From Chloroflexota bacterium (lineage in GTDB: Bacteria > Chloroflexota > Dehalococcoidia > Dehalococcoidales > RBG-16-60-22): a stretch of 64,000 bases of DNA. Under the pieces are notes generated by a model. The model worked only from the letters and a program-made list of their open reading frames with translations, ran no database searches and was not told where the DNA came from. Positions 9,204-18,510 of this stretch are shown in pieces. The stretch spans positions 19,907-83,906 of the forward strand of contig JACPQC010000020.1 in NCBI GenBank assembly GCA_016190695.1. The letters are read 5' to 3'. Positions within the stretch are counted from its first letter, which is position 1, and every line of letters begins with the position of its first letter. A program made the translations under genes and the position numbers.

Positions 9204-9212
9204 ATTATATCA
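9204..9212 (-). promoter_or_regulatory. extended -10 element immediately upstream of argJ (possible leaderless transcript)
   Basis: The minus strand reads TGATATAAT, with only 8 nt (TTGCGCCG) between the hexamer and the argJ ATG at 9195. No SD visible. Confidence 0.25.
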
Positions 9213-9257
9213 AAACTATATCATACCGAACATAAGCTAAGCAACGTCAACCGGCAG

Positions 9258-9287
9258 TTGACCTCAGGGATGCGAGGTATTTATAAT
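9258..9287 (+). promoter_or_regulatory. sigma-70-type promoter facing the PK_C-like gene
   Basis: TTGACC (9258-63), 18-nt spacer, TATAAT (9282-87). Would produce a leader of about 265 nt. Confidence 0.35.
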
Positions 9288-9355
9288 GTGCCAGGGTGAT
9301 GAAAAACAACGAAGGATGTTTCGTCTCCCTTTCGTAAGGGGCCTGCCCTGGTTCC

Positions 9356-9403
9356 ACTCGTTCCGACTCGTTCCGATACGTCAGAGTGAATACGTCAGAG
9401 TGA
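9356..9403. repeat. two adjacent perfect tandem duplications in the argJ / PK_C-like intergenic region
   Basis: ACTCGTTCCG x2 (9356-9375) followed directly by ATACGTCAGAGTGA x2 (9376-9403). Confidence 0.8.
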
Positions 9404-9558
9404 ACCGAGTCACCATGAGGTGAGCCTGTCGAAGGGGAGATAAGAGAGGGATTTTGGAATTACTAAATCCCCCTTCAGGGTGAACCCCCTTTTTCAAAGG
9501 GGGAAACTATCAGAAGTCTTTTCATCATCCTGCTAGACTTGCAGGAAAGGAACAGCAA

Positions 9559-10122
9559 ATGGAATCCAAAATAGTCTATTTCGACCGGCCCGGCCAGGAC
9601 AATACCGACGAGGTGTTCCGCATCGTCAATCAGCGGGCGGCGGAGACGGGCATCAAGACGGTGGTGGTGGCCTCCACCAGGGGGGCGACGGCGGTGCGGG
9701 CGGTGGATGCCCTGCCGGGGCTGAGGGTAGTCATCGTCAGCCACGCCTACGGCTTCCGCGAGCCGGACACCGAGGAGTTCGCCGCGGAGCACCGTACGGC
9801 GGTGGAGGGCCGGGGCGTCCCCATCATCACCACCGCCCACACCTTCGCCGGCATCAACCGGGCGGTGCGCAACAGCTTCAAGACCTACCTCACCGCAGAT
9901 ATAATGGCCAGCACGCTGCGCATCTTCGGCGAGGGGATGAAGGTGGTCTGCGAGGTAGCCATGATGGCCGCCGACAGCGGACTGGTGCGCTGCGACGAGG
10001 ACGCTATCTCCGTGGCCGGCACCGGCAAAGGACTGGACACCGCCATAGTGCTAAAGCCGGTGAACTCGCACCGCTTCTTCGATCTGAAGGTGAGGGAGAT
10101 ACTGTGCAAGCCGCATTTTTAG
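9559..10122 (+). CDS. pyruvate kinase C-terminal (alpha/beta) domain-like protein
   Basis: 187 aa stand-alone protein, YFDRPGQDNTDEV...VVVASTRGATA...CEVAMMAADSGL, recognised as the PK_C-like family. SD-like GGAAAGGAAC upstream. Confidence 0.55.
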   Translation: MESKIVYFDRPGQDNTDEVFRIVNQRAAETGIKTVVVASTRGATAVRAVDALPGLRVVIVSHAYGFREPDTEEFAAEHRTAVEGRGVPIITTAHTFAGINRAVRNSFKTYLTADIMASTLRIFGEGMKVVCEVAMMAADSGLVRCDEDAISVAGTGKGLDTAIVLKPVNSHRFFDLKVREILCKPHF

Positions 10123-10277
10123 AGTTCGGGGAGCGTTAAGGCCGGACTACAAGGGGTCCAAAGGCTTTTGCACCTTCGGTGGAACGAGGCTCAGACTTTT
10201 GGGCGCTTGCACCAAAAGACTTGGGCCAAGAGCAAACGATGTAAGCTAATTCCAGTGTTGCCGGGCACTGATCAGTT

Positions 10278-12290
10278 TTACTTCTGGTAAAAACTCTTTA
10301 GTACTTCTTCAGCGGGTTTACCATGGGGGGATTCTGGCCATCTAGTCTCGGCCGCCGACCACTGCCACCAGAAGATTCCTTTTAGCCAGGGTTTACCCCA
10401 CAAGACCTCCAAAGCCGCCTGATAGGCGTCTGCTTGCTCTTGCAGGTCTTCGGGTGCACCTGATTTATTGGTAACGGCATAATTCTTGGCGGTTCCATCC
10501 AGACTGTCATAACCGATTTCCGATAGGATAGCAGGCTTATTGAACTGTTTCGATACGTTCTCCAGGGATATTAAGAAGCCAGTGTTTATCCATCCTTGTT
10601 TCAGCTCCGCTACGGTCGGATCATTCTTGTCAGTCAACGAGTACCAGAAATCAGTTGCGATATAGTCCAACGCGTCCCAGAATTTTATTCTCTTGTACTC
10701 GGCGATGGGATTGCCCCAGAATACGCTGTCATAGCTTATCGGCCCCTTGAACCGCTCGCGGACTTCTTTGATTACTCGTCGCCAATCGTCTTCCCGGTGA
10801 GTAGTGCCGGGCAGTTCGCTCCCGACATAGAACATGTCTGCCCCCGCCTCCTGGGCCAGAGATGCGTAGTGGTTGATGTGTCCCCGGTATGACGCGAACC
10901 ATTCCTGCCACTCTTTTTCACCAGAAAAAGCCGACCCTATCTGTACCCACGAATGGTCTGGGTCATTAGACAAAGAAACAATCGGCACCAGCACGACCCT
11001 TATTCCCAGGCTGTGGGCTAGTTCTATAATGTGCCGGAGCGCATTATCCGATGCCGTTTTGTATTGATTGCTTGTAATATTTGTTGATGATAGTGTCTCC
11101 TGGTAAATACCAACCACCACAGAAATCCAATTAGCGCCAGTGGTTGCCAGGCTTTTCAGGGATACATCCGCTTGAGGAGGAAAATATAGCGGTCCGTACA
11201 TCGGCGGCCTTGGTTTATCGAATGCCCAGCCCCAGTCGTTAAACCAGATACCTTTCATGAAAGCGTCAAGAGGCGGAAGAGGACTTGTTTGGGGCGGAGG
11301 CCCCGGTGGGCCGGGTGGAGGCGGGCGTGGTGGCGGTCCCGGTGGCCTTGCCGGGCCGGGTGGCGGAGGCCCCGGGGGCGGTACCGGCGGACTCGGCGGT
11401 GCAGGGACAGGAGCGGGCTGCGAGGAAGCGGCCCTGGTAGCTTCCGCACCCCATTGATAAGAGACCGCTATTTCACCTTGCCTGGCGGTGACCGCAAAGG
11501 TGGCCAGGCCAGACTCCTTGCCAACTACCGATGGCATGACCACCGTTGGAGCGGAGAGCCGGCCCCTGTCATCCGCTTTCGCCTTCCCCCTGGCAACCTC
11601 GCCTTCAGAACGGGAGGTGAAGCTGATCTCCTCGTCCGGCTCGAACCCCTCACCGTGGATGAGAAACATGTCCCCTTTTTTGGAACGGAGTTCCGCCCAC
11701 AGGCGGTACGGCCCCTGTTTGCTCTCAATAGGATGTGGAATTATCTTGCCGGAAGCGCCGCCGGTCTTATCGGCGGTCATCACGCCAAATTCCACTGCCT
11801 CACCCTTCGCCATAGACTGAACGCCAACCTGAATGCGACCCTTACTGTCTGTTACATAGCCGGAGTCGTCTATCTGCAGTTCAGGTATGGACTGTGCCGG
11901 GGCTGGATGAGCCAGCGATTTTACCCAGAGCTGGTAAACCTTGTCTTTAGGGAGACCAACGGCCACCAGGTAATATGTGATCGTTGGTTTTCCATCAATT
12001 GTTTTCTCCTCCTTCTTCTCAAATTCCAGGCGCGCCCCGATCGTAGTCTTGAATTCATCAGGCCATTTGGCCAGCCCCCACACGCCCCAGCTATCATCGG
12101 CTGGTGCTGTCGCAGGCGATGGTGAAGTTGTAGCGGCGGGTGAGGATTCAATCGCTGGTGCGGGTGTCGGTTCTGTTACCGGCACAGGTGGTTCCCCAGG
12201 TGCCTTCTGGGCGCAGGAACTCCATGTCAGTACGGCACTGAGCAGGCAGACAAGAAAAAGCCAGGACGCCTTTCTCATCTTTAATGCCAC
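10278..12290 (-). CDS. secreted lipoprotein with clan GH-A (GH5/GH113-like) TIM-barrel glycoside hydrolase domain and a polyproline linker
   Basis: 670 aa. Lipobox LTWSSC. N-terminal beta-rich domain, PPVPPPGPPPPGPARPPGPPPRPPPPGPPGPPP linker. C-terminal domain with GSELPG and LSEIGYDS as candidate catalytic Glu motifs. Confidence 0.5.
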   Translation of the reverse strand: MALKMRKASWLFLVCLLSAVLTWSSCAQKAPGEPPVPVTEPTPAPAIESSPAATTSPSPATAPADDSWGVWGLAKWPDEFKTTIGARLEFEKKEEKTIDGKPTITYYLVAVGLPKDKVYQLWVKSLAHPAPAQSIPELQIDDSGYVTDSKGRIQVGVQSMAKGEAVEFGVMTADKTGGASGKIIPHPIESKQGPYRLWAELRSKKGDMFLIHGEGFEPDEEISFTSRSEGEVARGKAKADDRGRLSAPTVVMPSVVGKESGLATFAVTARQGEIAVSYQWGAEATRAASSQPAPVPAPPSPPVPPPGPPPPGPARPPGPPPRPPPPGPPGPPPQTSPLPPLDAFMKGIWFNDWGWAFDKPRPPMYGPLYFPPQADVSLKSLATTGANWISVVVGIYQETLSSTNITSNQYKTASDNALRHIIELAHSLGIRVVLVPIVSLSNDPDHSWVQIGSAFSGEKEWQEWFASYRGHINHYASLAQEAGADMFYVGSELPGTTHREDDWRRVIKEVRERFKGPISYDSVFWGNPIAEYKRIKFWDALDYIATDFWYSLTDKNDPTVAELKQGWINTGFLISLENVSKQFNKPAILSEIGYDSLDGTAKNYAVTNKSGAPEDLQEQADAYQAALEVLWGKPWLKGIFWWQWSAAETRWPESPHGKPAEEVLKSFYQK

Positions 12291-12673
12291 CGCCCTTCTC
12301 TCCAGATAGCCGGGGCTACTCCCAAAACAGCACCGACAGCAGCGGCTTAAACCAGCGTTTCAACAGGAATTGTACTCCTCGAAATCGATTTTGTCAATAG
12401 CACGTCATCAAATGCCCTTATAGTAATCAGACAATTTATATAACTACGGGATAATAGTACAAATAAATGCCTATAGTGACATATCGTACTCATTACAAGG
12501 CGGCAGAGCAAAGATTGCTTCGCCGGTAGCATGCAGAAGAGGCCTCTGCCGGGTATGACTGTTCTACACAATGAAGTCTTGTTATACCGGAGTATTAACT
12601 GATATGATAATGAAACATAAAGGGACAACCGGAAATAAATGCAGGCGTACACAAGCTACTTCGGGATTGATAA

Positions 12674-14197
12674 TTGGACCGCTCAGTGGTTACAGTAAGT
12701 CATTATGCCGGGAGATTTAAGGGCAGGAACGCCTGGCTTGCCATAGCTGTCACTATATCTGCCGCTGCCGTATTCATGACCGACATAAGCCTGCCGCTGG
12801 GTGTCTCGCAAGGGGCGCTTTACGTCATACCGATGACGCTATCACTCTGGCTTCCAGGGAAATACTCCACTCCGGCGGTAGCCGGGATAAGCGTGATCCT
12901 GGTCATCACCGGATTCTTCCTGTCGCCGCCGCCTTCGGAACCATTGACATTCGTCATTATGAACCGCGCCTATGCTATCTTCACCATCGGACTGGTCCTC
13001 GTTATCGAACGGTTGCTCCGCCGGCTTTCCAGGCAAAACCGGGAACTATCCGTCCGCACCGGGGCACTGGAAGCCCTGTATGAAATAGGCACGGCGCTCT
13101 CTGCTCTCTCCGATACCAATCATATCAGGGAAATAGCGGTGGAACGGGCCTGCCGTCTCCTCGGCTGTGATGTCGCTGCGCTCGCCCTGTTCAGCGAGTC
13201 CTCAGACGAGGTACACTGGTTTTTCTCGCAGGCGGGGGAAGAACGGAAAGCGAGGTCGTTTCTCTCAAGCGACAAATTGCTGAAAAGCCTTGAGGCGGGC
13301 GCGCCCGTGATCATCAAAGACTCATCCAGGGAGACCGGCGACCTGCTGGCGGGAAACGCTCTTCTCGGCGGAGCCGGGCTTCAGTCTGCCCTGGCCGTGC
13401 CGGTGCAGATCGCCGGCAAACTCACCGGGGCGCTTGTAATCGCCTATCGCTCGGCGCAGAATATTGAAGGGGACAGTGTAAGGCTAATGACCGCGCTGGC
13501 CAACCAGGTGGCTGTCGCCGTCAATAACGCCCGAATCTACGAGCGGCTGAAGGCACTGTCAACGCTGGAGGAGCGCCAGAGGCTGTCCAGAGAACTTCAC
13601 GACGGGATGGCGCAGCACCTGGGGACTGTTTCAGCGCGCGCCACCGCCGCCGAAGAACTGCTGGCCCAGGAAAAGCCGGACAAGGCTGGACAGCAACTCG
13701 TCCGCCTCAGAGAGGCGTCAGAGAAGGCTTACCTGGACCTGCGCCAGTTCATGCTGGGCCTGCGGAGCGATATCTCTGAATCCAGATCCCTGGTGGATGC
13801 GCTGGACAAGTACGTCAAACAGATCTCACAGCAGGAGAAGATGAGTATCCGGCTGGAGATTCCTGACAGCGCGAACATCGGACGCCTGGAACCCGCGGTT
13901 GAGGTGCAGGCCATACGCATCATCCAGGAAGCCCTGAACAATGCGCTGAAGCACTCCCGGCCGAAACACATAACGGTCAAGTTCAACGCAGATAATGGAT
14001 GGCTGACCGTTACGGTCCAGGACGACGGGCGCGGTTTCGAGATGTCCGAAGTCAGCGCCGCGCCAGGCCATTTCGGGCTTCAAAGCATGCGCGAGCGGGC
14101 GGAATCCGTGGGCGGGAAACTGACTATCGACACTGCGATCGGGCAGGGCACCTCGGTAAGGGTCATGCTGCCGATCATAAAGGTAGGAGAGCAATGA
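12674..14197 (+). CDS. sensor histidine kinase (membrane N-terminus, GAF, HisKA_3, HATPase)
   Basis: 507 aa. H-box ERQRLSRELHDGMAQHL. N/G boxes EALNNALKHS, DDGRGF, GHFGLQSMRERA. TTG start in the ORF track, exact start uncertain. Confidence 0.85.
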   Translation: MDRSVVTVSHYAGRFKGRNAWLAIAVTISAAAVFMTDISLPLGVSQGALYVIPMTLSLWLPGKYSTPAVAGISVILVITGFFLSPPPSEPLTFVIMNRAYAIFTIGLVLVIERLLRRLSRQNRELSVRTGALEALYEIGTALSALSDTNHIREIAVERACRLLGCDVAALALFSESSDEVHWFFSQAGEERKARSFLSSDKLLKSLEAGAPVIIKDSSRETGDLLAGNALLGGAGLQSALAVPVQIAGKLTGALVIAYRSAQNIEGDSVRLMTALANQVAVAVNNARIYERLKALSTLEERQRLSRELHDGMAQHLGTVSARATAAEELLAQEKPDKAGQQLVRLREASEKAYLDLRQFMLGLRSDISESRSLVDALDKYVKQISQQEKMSIRLEIPDSANIGRLEPAVEVQAIRIIQEALNNALKHSRPKHITVKFNADNGWLTVTVQDDGRGFEMSEVSAAPGHFGLQSMRERAESVGGKLTIDTAIGQGTSVRVMLPIIKVGEQ

Positions 14198-14853
14198 AGA
14201 TCAAAGTATTGCTGGTAGACGATCACCCGGTCTTCAGGGAAGGTCTGGCTGCCCTGCTGGGCACAAGAAGCATCTTCCATATCGTGGGCCAGGCCAGCGA
14301 GGGCGCAGAAGCGGTGGATATAGCCCGCAAACTGGCGCCGGACCTGGTGTTGATGGACATCAACATGCCCGGAATGAACGGCATTGAGGCGACAAGACAG
14401 ATCCACCTGGAGCGGCCTGACACCAGGATCGTGGTCCTCACCGTTTCCGAAGAAGAAGAGGACCTGTTCGAGGCGGTCCGGGCGGGGGCGCAGGGATATA
14501 TCGTGAAGAACCTGGCCTCCCGCGAGGTGCTCGACCTTATTGAAAAGGCGGCACAGGGCGAAGCAGCCTTTACCCCCAGGGTGGCCTCCCGTGCCCTTAT
14601 GGTCCTGAGCGGCCGCAACCAGGCAGGACGTCCCTTTCTCACTCCCCGGGAAAGGGTGGTGCTCGAGCAACTGGTCCACGGGCACAGCAACGCGGTTATT
14701 GCCAGGAACATAGGCTTGAGCGAAACCACGGTGCGCTTCCACCTGCGGAATATACTGTCCAAGCTCCACGCCAAGGGCAGGACAGAAGCCGCTATCAAGG
14801 CCGTTCAGCAGCATATTGTCCGTCCTCCGCCCGTGGAAAAAGACGCCCCTTAA
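14194..14853 (+). CDS. NarL/LuxR-family response regulator
   Basis: Start moved to ATG 14194 (MKIKVLLVDDHPVF), overlapping the kinase stop (ATGA). Receiver Asp context LVLMDINMPGMNG. C-terminal LuxR HTH LTPRERVVLEQL...LSETTVRFHLRNILSKL. Confidence 0.9.
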   Translation: MKIKVLLVDDHPVFREGLAALLGTRSIFHIVGQASEGAEAVDIARKLAPDLVLMDINMPGMNGIEATRQIHLERPDTRIVVLTVSEEEEDLFEAVRAGAQGYIVKNLASREVLDLIEKAAQGEAAFTPRVASRALMVLSGRNQAGRPFLTPRERVVLEQLVHGHSNAVIARNIGLSETTVRFHLRNILSKLHAKGRTEAAIKAVQQHIVRPPPVEKDAP

Positions 14854-15097
14854 CACACCGGCCCAGTCAACAAACCTGTCTTATCCGCCAGTAAACTCCT
14901 GTTATCTGGCACAATTCGACCTGGCTTGACTACCAGGTAATATTTGATTTGTTTTGCCACTTTCCATCTCACACTTCCGCTCACAATTTTCTAGCTTTAT
15001 GGACGTTTGCCTTGCACCCAAAAAGGACTAGACTGAGAGTGAAGGTGTATAAGAACAGTGAGGCAGACTTTTCCTCGCGCTGGAAAGAGCGGAGAAG

Positions 15098-16369
15098 TTG
15101 ACCGTGAGAAATGCGACGCGCATAACCTCCCAGGACAGCTTGCATAGCATCCCCTTCACCGCTGGGGCGGAAGCCCGGGTAGTGGTCTCTCACGGGGGAG
15201 GCGTGCTGGCCGCCAGCAAAGCCGTTTTTCTGGAAGCGGCGGAAACCCTGCACCCGGCTTACTTTGCCCTGGTTATGGCCACCGGTATAGTAGCCATAGC
15301 GATCAATGCGCTGGTGAGCGCGGAGCTTGCCCGGGCCATGTTCTGGCTCAATATCCTTCTTTACGCCGTCCTCTGGCTGCTGACGATAACGCGGGTTATC
15401 CTGTTCAGGCAGCGCTTCCTGGCAGACCTGTTCAGCCACCAGTTGGGGCCCGGTTACTTCACCCTTGCGGCAGCCAGCGGGGTAGTAGGCTCCGGGCTGG
15501 TGCTGATTGTGGGCAACCTTTCCCTGGCCATGGTGCTGCTGGGCGTAACCTTCTTCCTCTGGCTCGGGCTGACCTACAGCATCTTCGTTGGTCTCATTGT
15601 CAAGGAGGACAAGCCGACCATCGCCGATGGCATCAACGGCGGCTGGCTCACCGCCATCGTCGCCACGCAGTCAGTGGCCGCGCTCACGGCGTTGCTGGCA
15701 TCCAGGTTCGGCATTTACCAGCAGGAGATGCTCTTCTCGGCTCTGGTCCTGTGGCTTTTCGGAGGGATGCTCTACATCTGGATTATTTCCCTGATCTTTT
15801 ACCGGTATACCTTCTTCAAGTTCCTCCCCCAGGACCTTGCCCCTCCTTACTGGATAAACATGGGGGCGGTGGCGATAACCACCATGACCGGCGCTATTCT
15901 CATTTCCCGCGCCGAGGTCTCCTCTTTCCTGTTCGGGCTGCTGCCATTTTTGAAGGGGTTCACCCTATTTTTCTGGGCGACGAGCACCTGGTGGATACCG
16001 ATGCTGGTCATACTGGGCATCTGGAGACACGTTTACAGGAAGTTCCCGCTGGAATACAACTGTCTGTACTGGGGCGCTGTATTCCCGCTGGGGATGTACA
16101 CCACCTGCACCTACCTGCTTGCCCAGGTCAACGGGCTGCCCTTCCTGGCCGTCATACCGAAGTATTTCATGTATATGGCGCTTGCCGCCTGGTCCATCAC
16201 CTTCGCCGGGCTGGCTGTCACGGTATTCAGGAAAGTCGCTGCGGCTTTCCGGGCTGTCCGGGAAGCGCCCGACCGCATTACCTATACCGATATCGCCCTT
16301 CCGCCGAGGGCGGCCAAAAAGGGGAAGACCAGGGCCGAGCTTCAGTGGAACGTGGACGGCAAACTTTGA
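15098..16369 (+). CDS. TehA/TDT (SLAC1-like) family anion or C4-dicarboxylate transporter
   Basis: 423 aa, about 10 TM helices. N-terminal [18 protein letters not shown] is typical of the family. Exact start uncertain. Confidence 0.6.
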   Translation: MTVRNATRITSQDSLHSIPFTAGAEARVVVSHGGGVLAASKAVFLEAAETLHPAYFALVMATGIVAIAINALVSAELARAMFWLNILLYAVLWLLTITRVILFRQRFLADLFSHQLGPGYFTLAAASGVVGSGLVLIVGNLSLAMVLLGVTFFLWLGLTYSIFVGLIVKEDKPTIADGINGGWLTAIVATQSVAALTALLASRFGIYQQEMLFSALVLWLFGGMLYIWIISLIFYRYTFFKFLPQDLAPPYWINMGAVAITTMTGAILISRAEVSSFLFGLLPFLKGFTLFFWATSTWWIPMLVILGIWRHVYRKFPLEYNCLYWGAVFPLGMYTTCTYLLAQVNGLPFLAVIPKYFMYMALAAWSITFAGLAVTVFRKVAAAFRAVREAPDRITYTDIALPPRAAKKGKTRAELQWNVDGKL

Positions 16370-16400
16370 ACCTTGCGACTAACTAAGAGAGGTCAAGACG

Positions 16401-16964
16401 ATGAAAGAAGAAAATGTCTCTCAGCTTTTCAGTATTCAGACGCATCTGACTGCACCCGATGTGCTGGACAGGATCGAGCGCGTCACTGCCAGTGAGTTCC
16501 AGGAGGCAACCAGGAGTCCCGAATACAAGTATTATGGGACTATCACCGGCACAGCGTTCCATCTCTGCAACAAGAAATACGGCCCCTACAGCAGCGGCCC
16601 CTGGATAAAAGGGGAGGTCAGCCAGTCCGGTGGCAGGGCGGTGGTGACTATCGAGACCGAGATCGAGGAACAACTGGAGATGGTGACCAAAATTCTGTAC
16701 CCCGTTCTGATCGCCTTCGGCCTGCTGGTGATGGTTGTCGGTCTGACAACACCTGAACACCGGCAGATATATGCCGCAGTTGCCGCCGCCCTCATTGCCT
16801 CTCCTTTTGTCTTCGTGGCTGTTGCCAGGCATTTCTTGAAGTCAATGCAGGGGGACGAGGTAAAGCAGTTCGGGAAGCTGCTATCAGGCGAAGTCAGGCA
16901 GATTGTCCGAGACTCAGAGGGAACCGAGCGACAGCGGCAAGAAGTGAAACTTGCCAAGAGGTGA
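16401..16964 (+). CDS. hypothetical membrane protein
   Basis: 187 aa. Soluble N-domain then two TM helices (ILYPVLIAFGLLVMVVGL, AAVAAALIASPFVFVAVA). No family recognised. Confidence 0.4.
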   Translation: MKEENVSQLFSIQTHLTAPDVLDRIERVTASEFQEATRSPEYKYYGTITGTAFHLCNKKYGPYSSGPWIKGEVSQSGGRAVVTIETEIEEQLEMVTKILYPVLIAFGLLVMVVGLTTPEHRQIYAAVAAALIASPFVFVAVARHFLKSMQGDEVKQFGKLLSGEVRQIVRDSEGTERQRQEVKLAKR

Positions 16965-17193
16965 AGAAAAGGCGAGGTCCGGCACCAGGCGCTTGACCTC
17001 GCTCCGGCAAGGGTGCAGACCTATGCCCGGAACACATCTGCCGGTTTCTTCGCAAAAGCAGAATTCAAGCCTGCAGGTGAACGCCTCGAGCATCCGGATT
17101 TCGCCGCTCATGGAGTCAGCTTCCAGAAGATGTACCTTGAAGTCCCGTAGTTATCCCTGATATGCGGTGTAACCACACTCAATAATCCCCGCC

Positions 17194-18510
17194 CTACTCC
17201 AGCGGCACTCTGAACTCCCAGGGGCCTTCCCAGTCGCCGAGCCTGGTTATGGTGAAGGTCAACTCCCTGGCATCGCGAGGGATGGGACCAAGATTGTCCC
17301 AGATATGTAACATGCCGTTTTCCAGAGGACGTATACCGGACGAGCCTGCTTTCTTAATGATTCCTCTGTCAACGCTATGCTCCGCCTCGGCATGGAACAT
17401 CATTGACGGTGCCGGCAGCGGCTGGCCGGGGGGGAAACTGTAACCAGGGGGAGTATTGAAAGCGTAGACCGTCATCCCGGTGGAGCTTAGCTCAATACGC
17501 TGGAGAGTTATCGTAATTCCATTCACTGTCTGCGACTGGTCCAAGTCGAGAATCTTTTCCATAACGCCCTGGGGATATTGAATCAGCACCCGGGAGGGGA
17601 GATTTATCCCTATCGTCCTGTCTCCCTGACTGAAGGCAGTATTCGTGAAGATGATATTGTACCAGCCGGGCGGTACTTGCTTTCCGTCTTTGTCCTTCTG
17701 GTCCCAACTAAAGTCGACGGTTATCGTGTCGCCAGGTTTTATTTCAACGGACTGTGCACCAGGCGCAACCGAGAAAATAGTTTTGTCAGAATCTGACAAT
17801 GGCCTGACCTTTATCTCCGGCGGGTAGGGCTTCATTGTGATGGCGCCAGCCGAGGTATTCCTGACCGATAACTTTATTTCCACGACTTGCCCCGGAAGAT
17901 AGAGCGCCTCTTCAGGGACTACTCGCGCTTCAAAGGGTGGCAGCGGAGACGGTCGAGGGGCCGGGGCTGGGGCTGGTGCAGGGGCCGGAGCTACTGGCCT
18001 GGGGGCCGGGGCGGGCGCGGGCGCCGGTGCGGGAGTTGGAGCAGGAGCAGGCGCGGGCGTCGGTGCAGGCACGGGGGCGGGAGTGGGGGCCGGAGTGGGG
18101 GCCGGAGTTGGAGCCGGTGCAGGGGCAGGGGCAGGGGCAGGCGGCTGGGTGAAACCGCCCAGGTACCAGTACATCCCGGCCACTGTCAAGACGAGCACCA
18201 CCGCCGCCGTTGATAAGGCCCTCCAGGCCATGTTCCGCGGCAGCAAGTTGCCCATGAAACCCCGGAACCCTTCACCTTTGGCCTCTGCAGCGCGCCTTTC
18301 CTGTTCGGCAAGTTTTCGGAGCAGGTCCTGTTTCAGTCCCCCGGCGAAGGAGGCAGCCGGTTCCTGGCGCAGCGCCCTCATCCTGCGGGCAAAATCGAGC
18401 GCCGTTCTCAGGTCGTCGCTCACATCTTCGCCGGTGAACGCGTCCTCTCCGGCGAGTATCCGGTCCAGATAATCTGAAAACTCTTTCCCCGCCTTATCTT
18501 CCCTGCCCAT
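17194..18510 (-). CDS. anti-sigma factor, single-pass, with Pro/Ala-repeat linker and Ig-like/DUF4179-like extracytoplasmic domains
   Basis: 438 aa. Cytoplasmic N-domain, TM (ALSTAAVVLVLTVAGMYWYL), about 70 aa of PAPAPA/PTPAP repeats. Overlaps the upstream ECF sigma gene by 17 nt. Confidence 0.65.
   Translation of the reverse strand: MGREDKAGKEFSDYLDRILAGEDAFTGEDVSDDLRTALDFARRMRALRQEPAASFAGGLKQDLLRKLAEQERRAAEAKGEGFRGFMGNLLPRNMAWRALSTAAVVLVLTVAGMYWYLGGFTQPPAPAPAPAPAPTPAPTPAPTPAPVPAPTPAPAPAPTPAPAPAPAPAPRPVAPAPAPAPAPAPRPSPLPPFEARVVPEEALYLPGQVVEIKLSVRNTSAGAITMKPYPPEIKVRPLSDSDKTIFSVAPGAQSVEIKPGDTITVDFSWDQKDKDGKQVPPGWYNIIFTNTAFSQGDRTIGINLPSRVLIQYPQGVMEKILDLDQSQTVNGITITLQRIELSSTGMTVYAFNTPPGYSFPPGQPLPAPSMMFHAEAEHSVDRGIIKKAGSSGIRPLENGMLHIWDNLGPIPRDARELTFTITRLGDWEGPWEFRVPLE

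Noticed and set aside
9475-9840. 121-aa minus-strand ORF overlapping the leader region and the 5' part of the PK_C-like gene
   Set aside because: It is antisense to a gene with good family resemblance. Arg/Gly/His-rich shadow composition.
12347-12652. 101-aa minus-strand ORF in the AT-rich gap
   Set aside because: No SD. The composition is odd (many Cys, Leu, Ile, Tyr), typical of random AT-rich sequence. It fills a divergent promoter region.
16914-17111. 65-aa minus-strand ORF and neighbours in the convergent gap 16965-17193
   Set aside because: No SD and no recognisable motif. The region is more simply the 3' untranslated zone of two convergent genes.
17940-18147. Highly periodic GCN-CCN DNA that at first glance looks like a tandem repeat or array. 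A similar tract lies at 20683-20818.
   Set aside because: The periodicity is 6 nt, and the tracts sit in frame inside long ORFs, encoding (Pro-Ala)n linkers. There is no repeat-spacer organisation, so it is not a CRISPR or minisatellite locus.
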